From: Candidatus Methylomirabilia bacterium | GTDB taxonomy: Bacteria > Methylomirabilota > Methylomirabilia > Rokubacteriales > CSP1-6 | DNA: 53,404 nucleotides | Assembly (NCBI GenBank): GCA_046758965.1 | Contig: JBHIBG010000011.1 | Coordinates: 1-53,404 of the forward strand | Direction of reading: 5' to 3' | Shown here: positions 9,096 to 18,760 of the stretch, piece after piece | Layout of the letters: each line of letters starts with the position of its first letter | Numbering within the stretch: position 1 is the stretch's first letter | Position numbers and translations under genes: made by a program | The notes under the pieces: model-generated | Databases searched by the model: none | What the model saw: the letters and a program-made list of their open reading frames with translations, nothing else | What the model was told of the DNA's origin: nothing

Positions 9096-10946
9096 TTACG
9101 CCTCTTCCTCGCCGCACGAATGCTCCAGGTCTAGCATCGTCGTCTCGCCCACGTACGGGCTGCCTGTCGTCCGCCGTAGCGCCGCCAGACGACGGATGAG
9201 CCGCTCGATTTTTCGGATTTCGGCCTCGGCTTCGGCGAGCGCTTCGGACCTCCTCGGCTGAGCTATTCCTTTCTGCTTCAGGAGCTGGAGGGCGCCCAGG
9301 ATCCCGGTCAGCGGGTTCAGGATCTCGTGGTGGAGCCCCACCACAACCTGCCCCACCGCCGCCAGCCGCTCCTTCTCGACGAGCTGGGCCTGGGCCGCCT
9401 GGAGAGCCTCGTTGGTCCGCTCCAGCTCCTCCGTCTTGGTGAGAAGGGCGGCGTGCGATGCCTCGAGCCGCGCCGCGGACTGCTTGAGCCGTTGCTCCAT
9501 CTCCACCAGCTCTGTGATGTCCCGCGCCATCTCCAAGACCTGATGGACCTGGCCGGAGGCGTCGCGCAGCGGGGCCGTCACGAGGTCCAGGTATCTCACC
9601 TCGCCGCCGGGGAGCCGCTGAGCCCTTACGCCGCGCTCCACCTTGCCCGAGAGAAAGGTGCGGACGGCCGGGCAGCCGTGACACGCCTCGGGCTCCGCTC
9701 CCAGGACCTGGAAGCAGGGGAGGCCCAGGCCGCCGTCACCCCCGCCGAGAGCCTCGGCCGCCCCGGCGTTCATCCACACAATTCGCATCTGGCGGTCCAC
9801 GATCAGCATCCGGTCTGCGATCCCCGCCAGGATGGCTGCCAGCCGCTCGTGAGCTTCGCGGATCTCTGTGAACAACTCCGCGTTTGCGAGCGCCATCGCG
9901 GCCTGCTGGAGCATGATTTCGAGGGCCCGCGCGGCCGGAACGTCCGGGTCGGCGACCGCGTCCTTGAACTCGGCAAGAAATACGTACGCGGTCTCCTTCG
10001 CGCTGAAGATGGGGTGCGCCACGGTCGTTCCTCGAATGATCCGCTTCCGGGTCTCGATGGCCTCGACGATCAGCTCTTGGGGCGGGAGCGGGGTTGCGGG
10101 CGCCTCCGCCGGCCAGCGGGCCAGCAGGATGATCTCATCGCGGGCTCGCACCCGGTAGAGGGTGGCCTGGGAGAGGTCGAGCGCCACGCCCGCGTTCACC
10201 ACCAGGCTTGCCACTGCCGGTCCCAGCTCAAGCGGCTGGAGCACGGATTGAGTCAGCTGCTGGATGAGCGTGAGTTCGCGGTTCTGGGCCTCCAGGCGAC
10301 TGATCGCCTGGAGTTCTTTGACCGAAGCCCTCCAGACGACGAAGGCCAGGGCGAGGTAGAGGAAGAGGCCCGCGCCGAAGGTCACACCCCAGATCAGACG
10401 CTGGGTGCGGCGGATCCCCAGGACCACCCCCGTGACGTCCTTGTAAGTCTCTATCACGCCCACTACCTGCGGGCTGCCGGGGAAACTGATCGGGACGTAG
10501 GCTTCGGCGAGGTACCCCTTGGTTCGCTCATAGAGGTGCTCGGACCGCTCCGGCGCCTCGAGGACCGTTGCCAGCTCGCCCGTCAGGGCCCTGGCGAGGT
10601 AGGAGTTTTCAGGGAAAGCCATGCCGATCAGCCTCGGCTCGTTAGACCAGACGATCCGTCCCGACCCGTCGAAGACCTTGATCCTGAAGACTCCCGGAAG
10701 CTCCCGGAGAAAACCCTCGAAGATCCGGCGCTCGACCCGCGCGCTGCCCATCTCGAAGTCGGCAGGGGCGAGGTGCTGGCGTGCCTGGACCTGAACCACC
10801 TTGGCCGTCTGCTCTTCCTCTTGAGTCAGCACGTGACGCTCGAAGAAGCGGCCCACGACCAGCCCTGAGAGGATGACCATGGCGCTGATCAGTGCAGCGC
10901 TCACGACCAGGAATCCCTGGAAGCGGCTCAGGCGGCGCTTGCCCAT
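9096..10946 (-). CDS. Membrane sensor protein (2 TM, periplasmic domain, GAF-like, PAS, HisKA) lacking the HATPase domain
   Basis: H-box GLHHEILNPLTGI; the protein ends about 70 aa later with no N/G1/F/G2 boxes. PAS domain carries CFQVLG..CHGCP. Confidence 0.85.
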   Translation of the reverse strand: MGKRRLSRFQGFLVVSAALISAMVILSGLVVGRFFERHVLTQEEEQTAKVVQVQARQHLAPADFEMGSARVERRIFEGFLRELPGVFRIKVFDGSGRIVWSNEPRLIGMAFPENSYLARALTGELATVLEAPERSEHLYERTKGYLAEAYVPISFPGSPQVVGVIETYKDVTGVVLGIRRTQRLIWGVTFGAGLFLYLALAFVVWRASVKELQAISRLEAQNRELTLIQQLTQSVLQPLELGPAVASLVVNAGVALDLSQATLYRVRARDEIILLARWPAEAPATPLPPQELIVEAIETRKRIIRGTTVAHPIFSAKETAYVFLAEFKDAVADPDVPAARALEIMLQQAAMALANAELFTEIREAHERLAAILAGIADRMLIVDRQMRIVWMNAGAAEALGGGDGGLGLPCFQVLGAEPEACHGCPAVRTFLSGKVERGVRAQRLPGGEVRYLDLVTAPLRDASGQVHQVLEMARDITELVEMEQRLKQSAARLEASHAALLTKTEELERTNEALQAAQAQLVEKERLAAVGQVVVGLHHEILNPLTGILGALQLLKQKGIAQPRRSEALAEAEAEIRKIERLIRRLAALRRTTGSPYVGETTMLDLEHSCGEEEA

Positions 10947-10985
10947 GATCTTCTCGCTTCGCTTGCCGGCAGGGAAGCCATACTC

Positions 10986-11999
10986 TCAGCCTCCGAGGAT
11001 CCTCTTGTGGCAGTTCCGGCAGAGATCGAGCCAGCGCGTGGCCTCAAACTTCCAGAGCCTTGGTGCTGACGCAGCGTGAGGATTGTGACAGCTCGCGCAG
11101 GACAGCTCGTGCTTGGGCCGTGTCGGGTCGGGCTTCCCCCGGGTGGGGTGCCCCTGGCCGTGGGGACCCCAGGCGATCACGTGGCGCGGCCCGACCTTCT
11201 CGAAGTGACAGGTTGTGCAGAGGTTCCAAGCCGCCTTTTTGAGGAAGAACCGGTGCTGGGATCCGTGCGGGTTGTGGCAGATGGTGCACTGCCCCGTGGC
11301 CGTGGGCCCGTGCTGATAGGGGCGCCCGTAAAAACGCTCCTTGAGCTCGGTGTGACAGGAAAAACAGAGGGTCATGACCGGCTCCGGCGTCGCGTACCGC
11401 GCGCGCGCGGAAGTCGGATCGTGGCAGCGGGTGCAGGCCCAGAACGCCGTGGGCCCATGGACCTCCTTGGTTTTCGTGAGTCCCGCGTGGCACGAGTGGC
11501 AGGTGGACTGCTCGGGGGTCGCAGGTCCGGCATCCTCCGGCCGGGGCTCTACTTGATGGCAGCCGACGCAGGCCGTCTCCTTGGCGGCCAGATGGAAGGG
11601 GTGCCGACTGAAGTCAGGGGGGGAGTGCGTCTGCTTTCCGAGCGCGGAAAGGAAGAACACCGTCCGCTCGACCTCGGCCACCACTTGCCCACCGGAGCGA
11701 AGCGAGACCTCGATGGTGTTGAGTCCGAAAGCGAGTTGAACGCCTGCGTGGAACACAGTCCCTCCATCCTGACGAGGCCTGGCCACGCCGCTTCCGGCTG
11801 ACTCTCCGTTGAGGCGCAGCTCCAGCTCATCGGCCTTCAGACCGCCCGCTGGCTCGACGATCACGTGGAGCAAGCCTCCACCCGAAATGACCAGGCGTTC
11901 GGGCGGGTAATGGATTTGCAACGAGGCGGCCGGTTCGCTGGGCGATGGGATCCCCACGGCGATGGCGACCAGAGCCGCGAGCGCCCACCCGATCTTCAT
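10986..11999 (-). CDS. Exported octaheme cytochrome c with an N-terminal Ig-like region
   Basis: 8 CXXCH motifs in paired HGP..CXXCH.PH..LCXXCH repeats; signal peptide MKIGWALAAL; ATG overlaps the upstream stop (ATGA). Confidence 0.9.
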   Translation of the reverse strand: MKIGWALAALVAIAVGIPSPSEPAASLQIHYPPERLVISGGGLLHVIVEPAGGLKADELELRLNGESAGSGVARPRQDGGTVFHAGVQLAFGLNTIEVSLRSGGQVVAEVERTVFFLSALGKQTHSPPDFSRHPFHLAAKETACVGCHQVEPRPEDAGPATPEQSTCHSCHAGLTKTKEVHGPTAFWACTRCHDPTSARARYATPEPVMTLCFSCHTELKERFYGRPYQHGPTATGQCTICHNPHGSQHRFFLKKAAWNLCTTCHFEKVGPRHVIAWGPHGQGHPTRGKPDPTRPKHELSCASCHNPHAASAPRLWKFEATRWLDLCRNCHKRILGG

Positions 12000-12982
12000 T
12001 TTCTTCCCTGAAGAAGCTTCCGGTAGGCCCAGCGATACTGCTCGATCGCCCGGCTCCACTCACCTTTCGCCTCGTAAGCGCGGCCCAGCTCGTAGTGGCC
12101 GCGGACCGGCTCGGGGTTGAGAACGACAGCCTCTTGGAGCAGGCGGATCCCCTCGTCGGTCCTTCCAAGCCTGAGGTGAGCGATCCCCCGGCCAACCCTG
12201 GCTCCCGGAGATACGGGGTTCTTTCTCAGGACAAACTCGAACTCTTGGAGGGCCTGGGCAGGCTCGCCGAGCTCCAGCAGCGCATACCCCAGCTGAAGGT
12301 GCGCCTCGAGGAACCCCGGCCTGACGCTGACGACCTTTGCCAGCGCCACCGCAGCGTCATCGTAGCGCTTCTGCCGGGCGAGCCTCACCCCGCGCTGGTA
12401 CTCCGCCTGCGCGGCCTCCGCTGTCTGCCCGTACACCTCGCCCGCCCGCGAGAGGCGCTCAGCAAGCTCCTTTTCCGAAATCTCCCCGAGGGCGCGCAGG
12501 AGATGCCCCTCGATCAACGTCCGGTAGTTGACGTTGCGGCTTGGCAGGTAGTAGCGGAGCCGGCCGCCGGGCCCGACCACGGCGGTGCTCGGATAGACGA
12601 TGATCCCGTAGGCCTGCGCAGCTCGGCTCTGGGGGTCGAGCAGGAATCTGAGCGAGAGGCGCTTCGCGAGGATCCGGCTCTCGTGAGGGTTCGAGCCCGC
12701 CTCGGCAACCGCCATCATCTCGACCCCTCGCGGCTCCATTGCTTCCTTCAGCCCCGCCAGGCCCTTCAGCGCTTCCTCGGAGAACCGTTGGCCGGGACGC
12801 CAGAAAATGACGACCGTGACACGGCCGGGTTGCGGGACCTTTACGGATCTGCCTTGCAGATCCTCGAGGGTCAGGAGTGGTGCCGGATCGCCCACGCTCA
12901 CGTAGCGAAAGGCGTCGGCGCGGAGAGGGGTGACGACGGCGATCAGAAGCAGTGTCCAGCTGATTGTGCGGGCGAGGAGCAT
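11996..12982 (-). CDS. Exported redoxin (TlpA/AhpC fold)-TPR protein without CXXC
   Basis: VGDPAPLLTLEDLQG..VVIFWRPGQRFS..YGIIVYPST, followed by TPR repeats. Confidence 0.85.
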   Translation of the reverse strand: MLLARTISWTLLLIAVVTPLRADAFRYVSVGDPAPLLTLEDLQGRSVKVPQPGRVTVVIFWRPGQRFSEEALKGLAGLKEAMEPRGVEMMAVAEAGSNPHESRILAKRLSLRFLLDPQSRAAQAYGIIVYPSTAVVGPGGRLRYYLPSRNVNYRTLIEGHLLRALGEISEKELAERLSRAGEVYGQTAEAAQAEYQRGVRLARQKRYDDAAVALAKVVSVRPGFLEAHLQLGYALLELGEPAQALQEFEFVLRKNPVSPGARVGRGIAHLRLGRTDEGIRLLQEAVVLNPEPVRGHYELGRAYEAKGEWSRAIEQYRWAYRKLLQGRK

Positions 12983-12990
12983 GGCGCCTC

Positions 12991-14049
12991 CTAATAGACG
13001 ATCAGGAGCTTGACGAGACGGTCGCGGGCGGCCACCTCGGCGCTGTCGTAGACCGTGAGGATCCCCATCTCGGGATATGACTCGGTAAGGAGATCGAGAG
13101 GGAGGTAGTGGAGCTTCCCCTCGGCCCGCGTTCCGGCTCCGTGGGCCGTCCTCCCTGAAAGCCTCAGGAACTCCCCGTACGTCATGAGGTTGCCCGGCCC
13201 CAAAAGAGCTCGCACGTCGAGGTCGAGAGTCCCCCAGGCGGGGAAGACGAAGATCGACTCGATGACTCCTTCGGCGTCAGCATTGACCACGACGGACTCC
13301 GAGCGGAGCGGGCCCTGGACCGGCTCCCCGCGAAAGAGGAGCGAGTTGGGGCTTTCCTGAAGGGGGGGGCCGAGGCGCTTCCTGGCCTCCTGCAGCGTCG
13401 TGACTCCCACTCGGAGCCCCGCCCATTCCCTGGGCCGTGGGGGGGCGGGCCGGTCTTGTCTCCGGATCATACGCCCGGCCAGGCGCGGGCCCTCACCGGC
13501 CTCGGCCCTGGCGAGCTCGCGCTTGACCGTTGCCAGCGTCGGGTCAGAGGTGTCGCGGAGGAGCTCGGCGACTCTTGGCATTGCCCGGGGCTCACCGATC
13601 CACAGGAGCGCGATCGCGGCCAGGCGGCGGGCAAACGGATCTTCGTCCGTGAGGAGCCTGAGCAGGGGGTCGACGGCCTCCGGGTCGCCGATCGCCCCGA
13701 GGGCGTTGGCGACGAGCCGCCTTCCCCAGCGGTAGGCTTCCTCGCGCTCCAGGTAGTGAACCAGGGGCCTGACGGCTCGCCGGTCGCCGAGGTCTCCCAG
13801 GGCTTGGATGGCGGCCCAGCGCACGTCGCGGTTAGGGTCGTGCAGAGCGGCCAGGAGAGGGTCGAGGGCGCGAGGGTGCTTCGAGGCTCCAAGGCGCTCG
13901 GCCGCCTTCATTCGCGCCAAGGTGTCGGTTCCACTGGCCAACCTTTCGATGGCCGCGTCCAGGTCAGCAGGTGGTGGTTGAGCCCAGACCTGCCCTGCCG
14001 CCGCCAGCGCCACGAGCAGCATGAATGTGACGCTCATCATGAACTTCAC
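12991..14049 (-). CDS. Exported HEAT/PBS-lyase repeat protein
   Basis: Signal peptide; repeated L..LL.D.D..VR..A..ALG.IGD..A units; C-terminal domain unknown. Confidence 0.85.
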   Translation of the reverse strand: MKFMMSVTFMLLVALAAAGQVWAQPPPADLDAAIERLASGTDTLARMKAAERLGASKHPRALDPLLAALHDPNRDVRWAAIQALGDLGDRRAVRPLVHYLEREEAYRWGRRLVANALGAIGDPEAVDPLLRLLTDEDPFARRLAAIALLWIGEPRAMPRVAELLRDTSDPTLATVKRELARAEAGEGPRLAGRMIRRQDRPAPPRPREWAGLRVGVTTLQEARKRLGPPLQESPNSLLFRGEPVQGPLRSESVVVNADAEGVIESIFVFPAWGTLDLDVRALLGPGNLMTYGEFLRLSGRTAHGAGTRAEGKLHYLPLDLLTESYPEMGILTVYDSAEVAARDRLVKLLIVY

Positions 14050-15242
14050 CTCCCATAAGAGAGCGGGAAGAGCTCACGGCGCGCCTGCCACAGGAGCTCA
14101 ACGCCGCCCCGGTACTCCGCCACGGCCTCGCGAGCCATCCCCCGCTCTTCGTAGGCTTCGGCTGCGATGATATGGAGCCGCCAGTCCAGGGGGTTGAGCT
14201 GGATCGCCGCATCGAGCTCGGCGCGCCCGCGCTCCGCCTCTCCGGTTCTGAGGAGCAGGGCCCCAAGCTGGGCCCTGGCGAGCGAGTACGAGGGGTTCAG
14301 GAGAATCGCTCGCTCGAGAAGGGCCTTCGCGCCTTCGGAGTTTCCTTGCGAAAGCCGGATCAGGGCGAGCTCGGTGAGAGCTGTCGCATTTTTCGGGTCG
14401 AGCGACGAGGCCTCCCGAAGCAGCCGCTCAGCCTGTTGCAGGAATGTTTGCCGCTCTTGAGGCCCCAGGTGGAGGGTGGTCACGGTCTCTCCCCGGAACT
14501 GAATGGCCTCACGGGTGACGGCACGCTCCCGGTAGAGCTTGGCGAGGAGGATCCGGGGGAGCGGGAAGGATGGGTCCAGCTTGATGGCCTTCTTGAGGGT
14601 GCCGTCCACCTGATCAACGAGCCCTCGGGCCACCATGGCGCGGGCCAGGTTGAAGTACCTGACCGCCCGGCGATTGGGCTGCGGCCCGTGAGGGCCGGCA
14701 CGCTGGGCCACTGCCCGCCCGAGGACCGTAGCCTCCACGAGTTCGAAGAATTCCTCGCGCCCCGCGATGGGGTAGGCGGCAAGCTCGGCCAGAACACTCC
14801 TGTCGCCGTCGATCAGGACGCTCGAGGGGACCGCCACGACCCCGTACGCGCCGAACGCTTCCAGCCCGCGATCGAGCAGGATCGGGAAGGAGAGCCGAAG
14901 GCGCCCGACCATGGTCTTCACCGAGGCCACCTCCTCGACGGTGGGCGACGGGCTCTCAACGTTGATCCCCAGCACGATGAGCCCCTGGTTGCGGTAGCGC
15001 ACGTAGAGCTTCTCGACTCGCTCCAGTAGCTCGGGGGAGCTCTCGCTCCACGTGGCCCAGAACACGAGGAGAAGCGCGCGGGCGCTACGGAAATTCGTGA
15101 GGCTCACTCGCTTGCCCTTCAGGGTCTGGAGGGAGACCGGCGGAGCCTTCATTCCGGGCTGAAGCCCTTCGAGGGCCTCCGCGGGAGGGGAGCACAGCAC
15201 GGCGAAAAGCGCGACCCCGATAAGCAACCGTGGCGCCATCAT
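14046..15242 (-). CDS. Exported redoxin (TlpA fold)-TPR protein with SXXS in place of CXXC
   Basis: LLLVFWATWSESS, LGINVE, FPILLD, YGVVAVPS; C-terminal TPR repeats. Confidence 0.85.
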   Translation of the reverse strand: MMAPRLLIGVALFAVLCSPPAEALEGLQPGMKAPPVSLQTLKGKRVSLTNFRSARALLLVFWATWSESSPELLERVEKLYVRYRNQGLIVLGINVESPSPTVEEVASVKTMVGRLRLSFPILLDRGLEAFGAYGVVAVPSSVLIDGDRSVLAELAAYPIAGREEFFELVEATVLGRAVAQRAGPHGPQPNRRAVRYFNLARAMVARGLVDQVDGTLKKAIKLDPSFPLPRILLAKLYRERAVTREAIQFRGETVTTLHLGPQERQTFLQQAERLLREASSLDPKNATALTELALIRLSQGNSEGAKALLERAILLNPSYSLARAQLGALLLRTGEAERGRAELDAAIQLNPLDWRLHIIAAEAYEERGMAREAVAEYRGGVELLWQARRELFPLSYGR

Positions 15243-16678
15243 CGACCCCCCTTGTCGGCCGTGAAGGTCTTGTAGTCGATGGGATTCTGGACCGTCTCCA
15301 CGCGGCTATACCCTCTCGGCACATGGCAGCCAGGGGCACACTTGCCGCCGTTCCTGTACTTCACGTAGTTGGTCTTGATCTCCCAGCCCCCGAACGGGAC
15401 CGACTCCCGAATGTGCTTGGGGCGATGCGAGGCGTGCACCTCGTGGCAGGCGCGACACGTCCGCCCTTTCCGCTGGTTGACGTGGCGGAAGTGCAGGTTC
15501 TCGTTGCCGTTCCTGAAGTTGGTGAGCGTGGTCGTGTAGCGCTCGAGCGCGAGCGTAGGCTCGTGGCAGCCGAAGCAGAGCGCGTACTGCTCCTTCTTGA
15601 ACGGGGCGTAGAACAGCCGGGGGTACGGTCGGCGGAGGATTCTGAAGTTGTCGGTTCCATGCGGGTCATGGCACGCCGCGCAATCCTCCTGTCGGATCGG
15701 TCCGTGCCAGTCCTTGTGCCTGTCGAGGAACGCCTTCATGTTCACGAGCATCTTGCCGTCGGACGCCTCTTGTTGCTGGGCGTGGCAGCGGAAGCAGAGC
15801 GACATCGGAGTGTCTTGAAGCTGCTTCGGGTAATCGGTGAAGTGGGGATCGTGGCAGTTGAGGCAAGTCTGCCGGATCTTGATCGCCCGGTGGTCGGTCG
15901 TGACGGTCTGGACGTGGAGCCTCTTATCCGGGTGGCAGCCGAAGCAGAGATCGGGGACCGGCCGCTGGAGCCGGTATGTGTTCGGCGAGGTGTGCGGATC
16001 GTGGCAGTTGGAGCAGTCAAGGCGCGCCGGCACGTGGCCGAAGCGCTTGGGGGTGAACTCCGCCTGTTTCTGGGTGTGGCAGGTGTAGCAGAGGTCGGGG
16101 CCGTCCTTGATCAGGCGAAACGGGTAGGGCGAGGTGTGCGGATCGTGGCAGGCGACGCACTCGCCCTCGGCCACTGGGCCGTGTACCTCCTTCTCTTTCG
16201 TCTTATCCCGATCGTGGCACTGATAGCAGAGCGCGCTCGGCGGACTCTTTTTCAGGCGGTACCGGTATGGCGACTGGTGAGGATCGTGGCAGGCCCCGCA
16301 GAGCCCGAAGCGGACCGGCCCGTGGATCACCTTCTGGGTGTCCACGCGCTGCTCGTGGCAGATGTAGCAGAGCTCTCGCTCCTTCCGAGCCAGCTGGAAC
16401 GCGTGCCTCTCCGCGTCGTACGCCGTCTTCAGGTCGGTCGGCACATGGCACTTGGTGCACTCCCCTGCGGCGACCGGCCCGTGCACGTAGCGGGCTTTCC
16501 CCATCTGGTCGTGGCACTGGCTCGTCACGCACGAACGCTCGCCGGCCGGCTTCGGGATCTGAGCGATCGCGGAGGCGGAAGCCCCAGGCGACGCAGGGCT
16601 CTGGGCCTCGAGCCGGCTGGGCGGCAGGATGAGCGCGAGCGCGGCGGCCGTCACGAGGAGCCCGCTGCGCACGCTCAT
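15239..16678 (-). CDS. Exported multiheme cytochrome c (13 CXXCH + CX4CH + CX3CH, about 15 hemes)
   Basis: Motifs counted in the translation; paired CXXCH repeats with HGP and DPH distal His; signal peptide. Confidence 0.93.
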   Translation of the reverse strand: MSVRSGLLVTAAALALILPPSRLEAQSPASPGASASAIAQIPKPAGERSCVTSQCHDQMGKARYVHGPVAAGECTKCHVPTDLKTAYDAERHAFQLARKERELCYICHEQRVDTQKVIHGPVRFGLCGACHDPHQSPYRYRLKKSPPSALCYQCHDRDKTKEKEVHGPVAEGECVACHDPHTSPYPFRLIKDGPDLCYTCHTQKQAEFTPKRFGHVPARLDCSNCHDPHTSPNTYRLQRPVPDLCFGCHPDKRLHVQTVTTDHRAIKIRQTCLNCHDPHFTDYPKQLQDTPMSLCFRCHAQQQEASDGKMLVNMKAFLDRHKDWHGPIRQEDCAACHDPHGTDNFRILRRPYPRLFYAPFKKEQYALCFGCHEPTLALERYTTTLTNFRNGNENLHFRHVNQRKGRTCRACHEVHASHRPKHIRESVPFGGWEIKTNYVKYRNGGKCAPGCHVPRGYSRVETVQNPIDYKTFTADKGGR

Positions 16679-18072
16679 GGGACCTCCCTCAGGTGCACGA
16701 GGTGCGCGGTGATGGCCTTCGCCTCGGCTTCGGTGAGGCGGAGGTCGGGCATCCGGGTCTCCAGGTAGTGGGAGGGGTTCAGGACAAAGCGGTAGACCCA
16801 GGCGGGGTTGAGCCGCTTCCAGGCTTCGCTCAGGTCGGGGCCGATCCCGCCCGGCCGGGATCCGATCCGGTGACAGTTGTCGCAGTACTTCTTGCGGAAG
16901 AGTTGCTTGCCCCGGGCGGCCAGGGTTCTCGGGATCGCTTCAGCAGGCAGCGACGGCAGCGTCCGGTCAACGAGGCGGGTCATGATGTAATCGGTGAGGG
17001 TCTGAACCTCGGCGTCGCTCAGGCGGAAGTCGGGCATCCGAGCGCCGGATCCCATGATCTCGTACTCAGGCTTGATGGTGCCGGGGCGCTTGAGGAAGGA
17101 TTGGAGCCATTCGCGCCTGACCCGGCTCCCTTGGAAGCTCAGGGGCGGGCCGATCCGCTTCCCTCGAGGCAGGCCCGCAATCCGATGACACCCGACGCAA
17201 TTGAGCTTGACGATCAGGCTCCGCCCGCGGGCAGCGGTCACCTCCGGAAACTCGACCTTGGCCTGTTGGTACCCGGGGGCCTCCTGCGCGCGCCCGCGGC
17301 TCATCAGGTAGTCCCTGAGCGCCACGATCTGAGCAGCCTCGTCGCCGTCGAGGATGTCATCGGGCCCGGAGTCTTCGTCTTCGAAGTACGTGGGCATCTT
17401 CGTTCGAGGGACGATCTTGGACGGATCGCGAAGCCATCGGGCCACCCAGTCGGGATTGAGCCGGGAGTGAACCTTCGAGAGATCCGGGGCCCATTCCTCC
17501 CGCGAGCCCTCCGGCCTCCGATCCCCGTAAAGGTGACAGCTGAAGCAATCGAAATACTCCTCGGACATGAGCCGCTTCGCCGCCTCAAGATTCGCAGGCG
17601 TGACCGTCCCCGTGAACCGATCTGAAGCCTCCAGCGGCTGGGCCTGGGAGTCGTTGAGGGTGAGGAGGTATTCGGTCACGGCCAGAGCCTCCTCGTCGCT
17701 GAGACGGAAATCGGGCATTCGTGCCCGGAGAGCGGGGCGGACGCTGTGGGGCTTCTTGAGAAAGCTGAAGAGCCAGTGAGCCCTGACACGGTCTCCCTCG
17801 AAGGTGAGGTCGGGGGCCTCCTGCCTGACCGTGGTCTCGTGTCCGGCGATCTCGTGGCAGACCGGGCAGCCGAGGTCCCGAATGAGCAGCGCTCCTGGCG
17901 CCTCGGCCGCTTGACTCAGGGAATGCTCACCCACGAGCAGCAGGGCGAGGCCGACAGCCGCGATCGCCACGAAGAGCTGCGGGTGAAACCGAGCGCCGCC
18001 TTGACGGGTTCGTCGCGACGCTGCTACGCTGTTGATGATGCGGCTCGCGATCGGCGCTCTCGTCGCTCTCAT
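16675..18072 (-). CDS. Tetraheme cytochrome c built from four class-I-like (His/Met) domains
   Basis: CPVCH, CFSCH, CVGCH and CDNCH, each followed by [AG]P.L...W...P...[RK]MP. Start uncertain. Confidence 0.9.
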   Translation of the reverse strand: MRATRAPIASRIINSVAASRRTRQGGARFHPQLFVAIAAVGLALLLVGEHSLSQAAEAPGALLIRDLGCPVCHEIAGHETTVRQEAPDLTFEGDRVRAHWLFSFLKKPHSVRPALRARMPDFRLSDEEALAVTEYLLTLNDSQAQPLEASDRFTGTVTPANLEAAKRLMSEEYFDCFSCHLYGDRRPEGSREEWAPDLSKVHSRLNPDWVARWLRDPSKIVPRTKMPTYFEDEDSGPDDILDGDEAAQIVALRDYLMSRGRAQEAPGYQQAKVEFPEVTAARGRSLIVKLNCVGCHRIAGLPRGKRIGPPLSFQGSRVRREWLQSFLKRPGTIKPEYEIMGSGARMPDFRLSDAEVQTLTDYIMTRLVDRTLPSLPAEAIPRTLAARGKQLFRKKYCDNCHRIGSRPGGIGPDLSEAWKRLNPAWVYRFVLNPSHYLETRMPDLRLTEAEAKAITAHLVHLREVP

Positions 18073-18631
18073 GGCGTCAGTTGCTCCCGCCGAGGCGATC
18101 TGGGTCGACCTGACTCCGGAGCAGCTTCAGGAGGCGATCGCCCATGGGAAAGTCTCCTACGAGCGGTGGCGCGGCGCGGGCCGGGCCATTGACGATCTGG
18201 ATCCGGAGTACGTCGTGGAGCTGGACCCCGATGTGGGGCGGGCGATGCTCTTCACCGAATTCTCCACGCTGGCGCTCGAGACCCGGCGATGGTTGGCCAT
18301 CAACCGACGACTCACTCCCCGAGATGTCCAGCGCCTTCTCGCGCGCGTTCGGGGCCGGCTCCTCTTCTCCGTCACGGTCGTCGGCCCCGATCGGAATTTC
18401 CTCCGGCAGTACAGGGTCCACCTCAGCCAGGGAAGCGCCAGGAAGCAGCCGGCGAGCTGGAACGTCTTCCGGGGCACTCCCGCTCCTGACTTCCCCTCGC
18501 GGTTCATCGCCCACGCCCAGTACACCTTCTCGGTCGAGGGGCTCGACCCGAGCGTCCCGGTCACGCTCGTCCTGAGGGGACCCGACAGCGCGGAGCTTCG
18601 CTTCGACTTCGACCTCTCCCGCCTTCGATAG
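18035..18631 (+). CDS. Exported hypothetical protein, antisense to the surrounding operons
   Basis: Signal peptide ending PAEA, protein-like composition, GC-rich third codon positions; start could be 18032, 18035 or 18038. Confidence 0.75.
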   Translation: MMRLAIGALVALMASVAPAEAIWVDLTPEQLQEAIAHGKVSYERWRGAGRAIDDLDPEYVVELDPDVGRAMLFTEFSTLALETRRWLAINRRLTPRDVQRLLARVRGRLLFSVTVVGPDRNFLRQYRVHLSQGSARKQPASWNVFRGTPAPDFPSRFIAHAQYTFSVEGLDPSVPVTLVLRGPDSAELRFDFDLSRLR

Positions 18632-18653
18632 ACAAACCCGCGACTTTCATCGG

Positions 18654-18669
18654 AGCAACCGCCGTGCCA
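18654..18669 (-). promoter_or_regulatory. Sigma54 promoter
   Basis: TGGCACGGCGGTTGCT on the - strand, near consensus. Confidence 0.85.
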
Positions 18670-18704
18670 CCGCCGTGCGAGGGCGCATGATGATTTCGGC
18701 TGAA

Positions 18705-18717
18705 AATCAACATGTTA
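18705..18717 (+). promoter_or_regulatory. IHF-binding site
   Basis: AATCAACATGTTA matches WATCAANNNNTTR exactly and lies between the enhancer and the sigma54 promoter. Confidence 0.7.
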
Positions 18718-18760
18718 GACTACAGACGAGGACCCTGTTAGGTGACGTCTCTAAAGCAAA

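Noticed and set aside
15030..15065. Possible selenocysteine redoxin
   Set aside because: The active-site positions are Ser sense codons; there is no in-frame TGA.
15600..16500. Recurring GGATCGTGGCA-like nucleotide repeats resembling an array
   Set aside because: They are codons of repeated CHDPH haem motifs within a CDS, not a CRISPR array or non-coding repeat.
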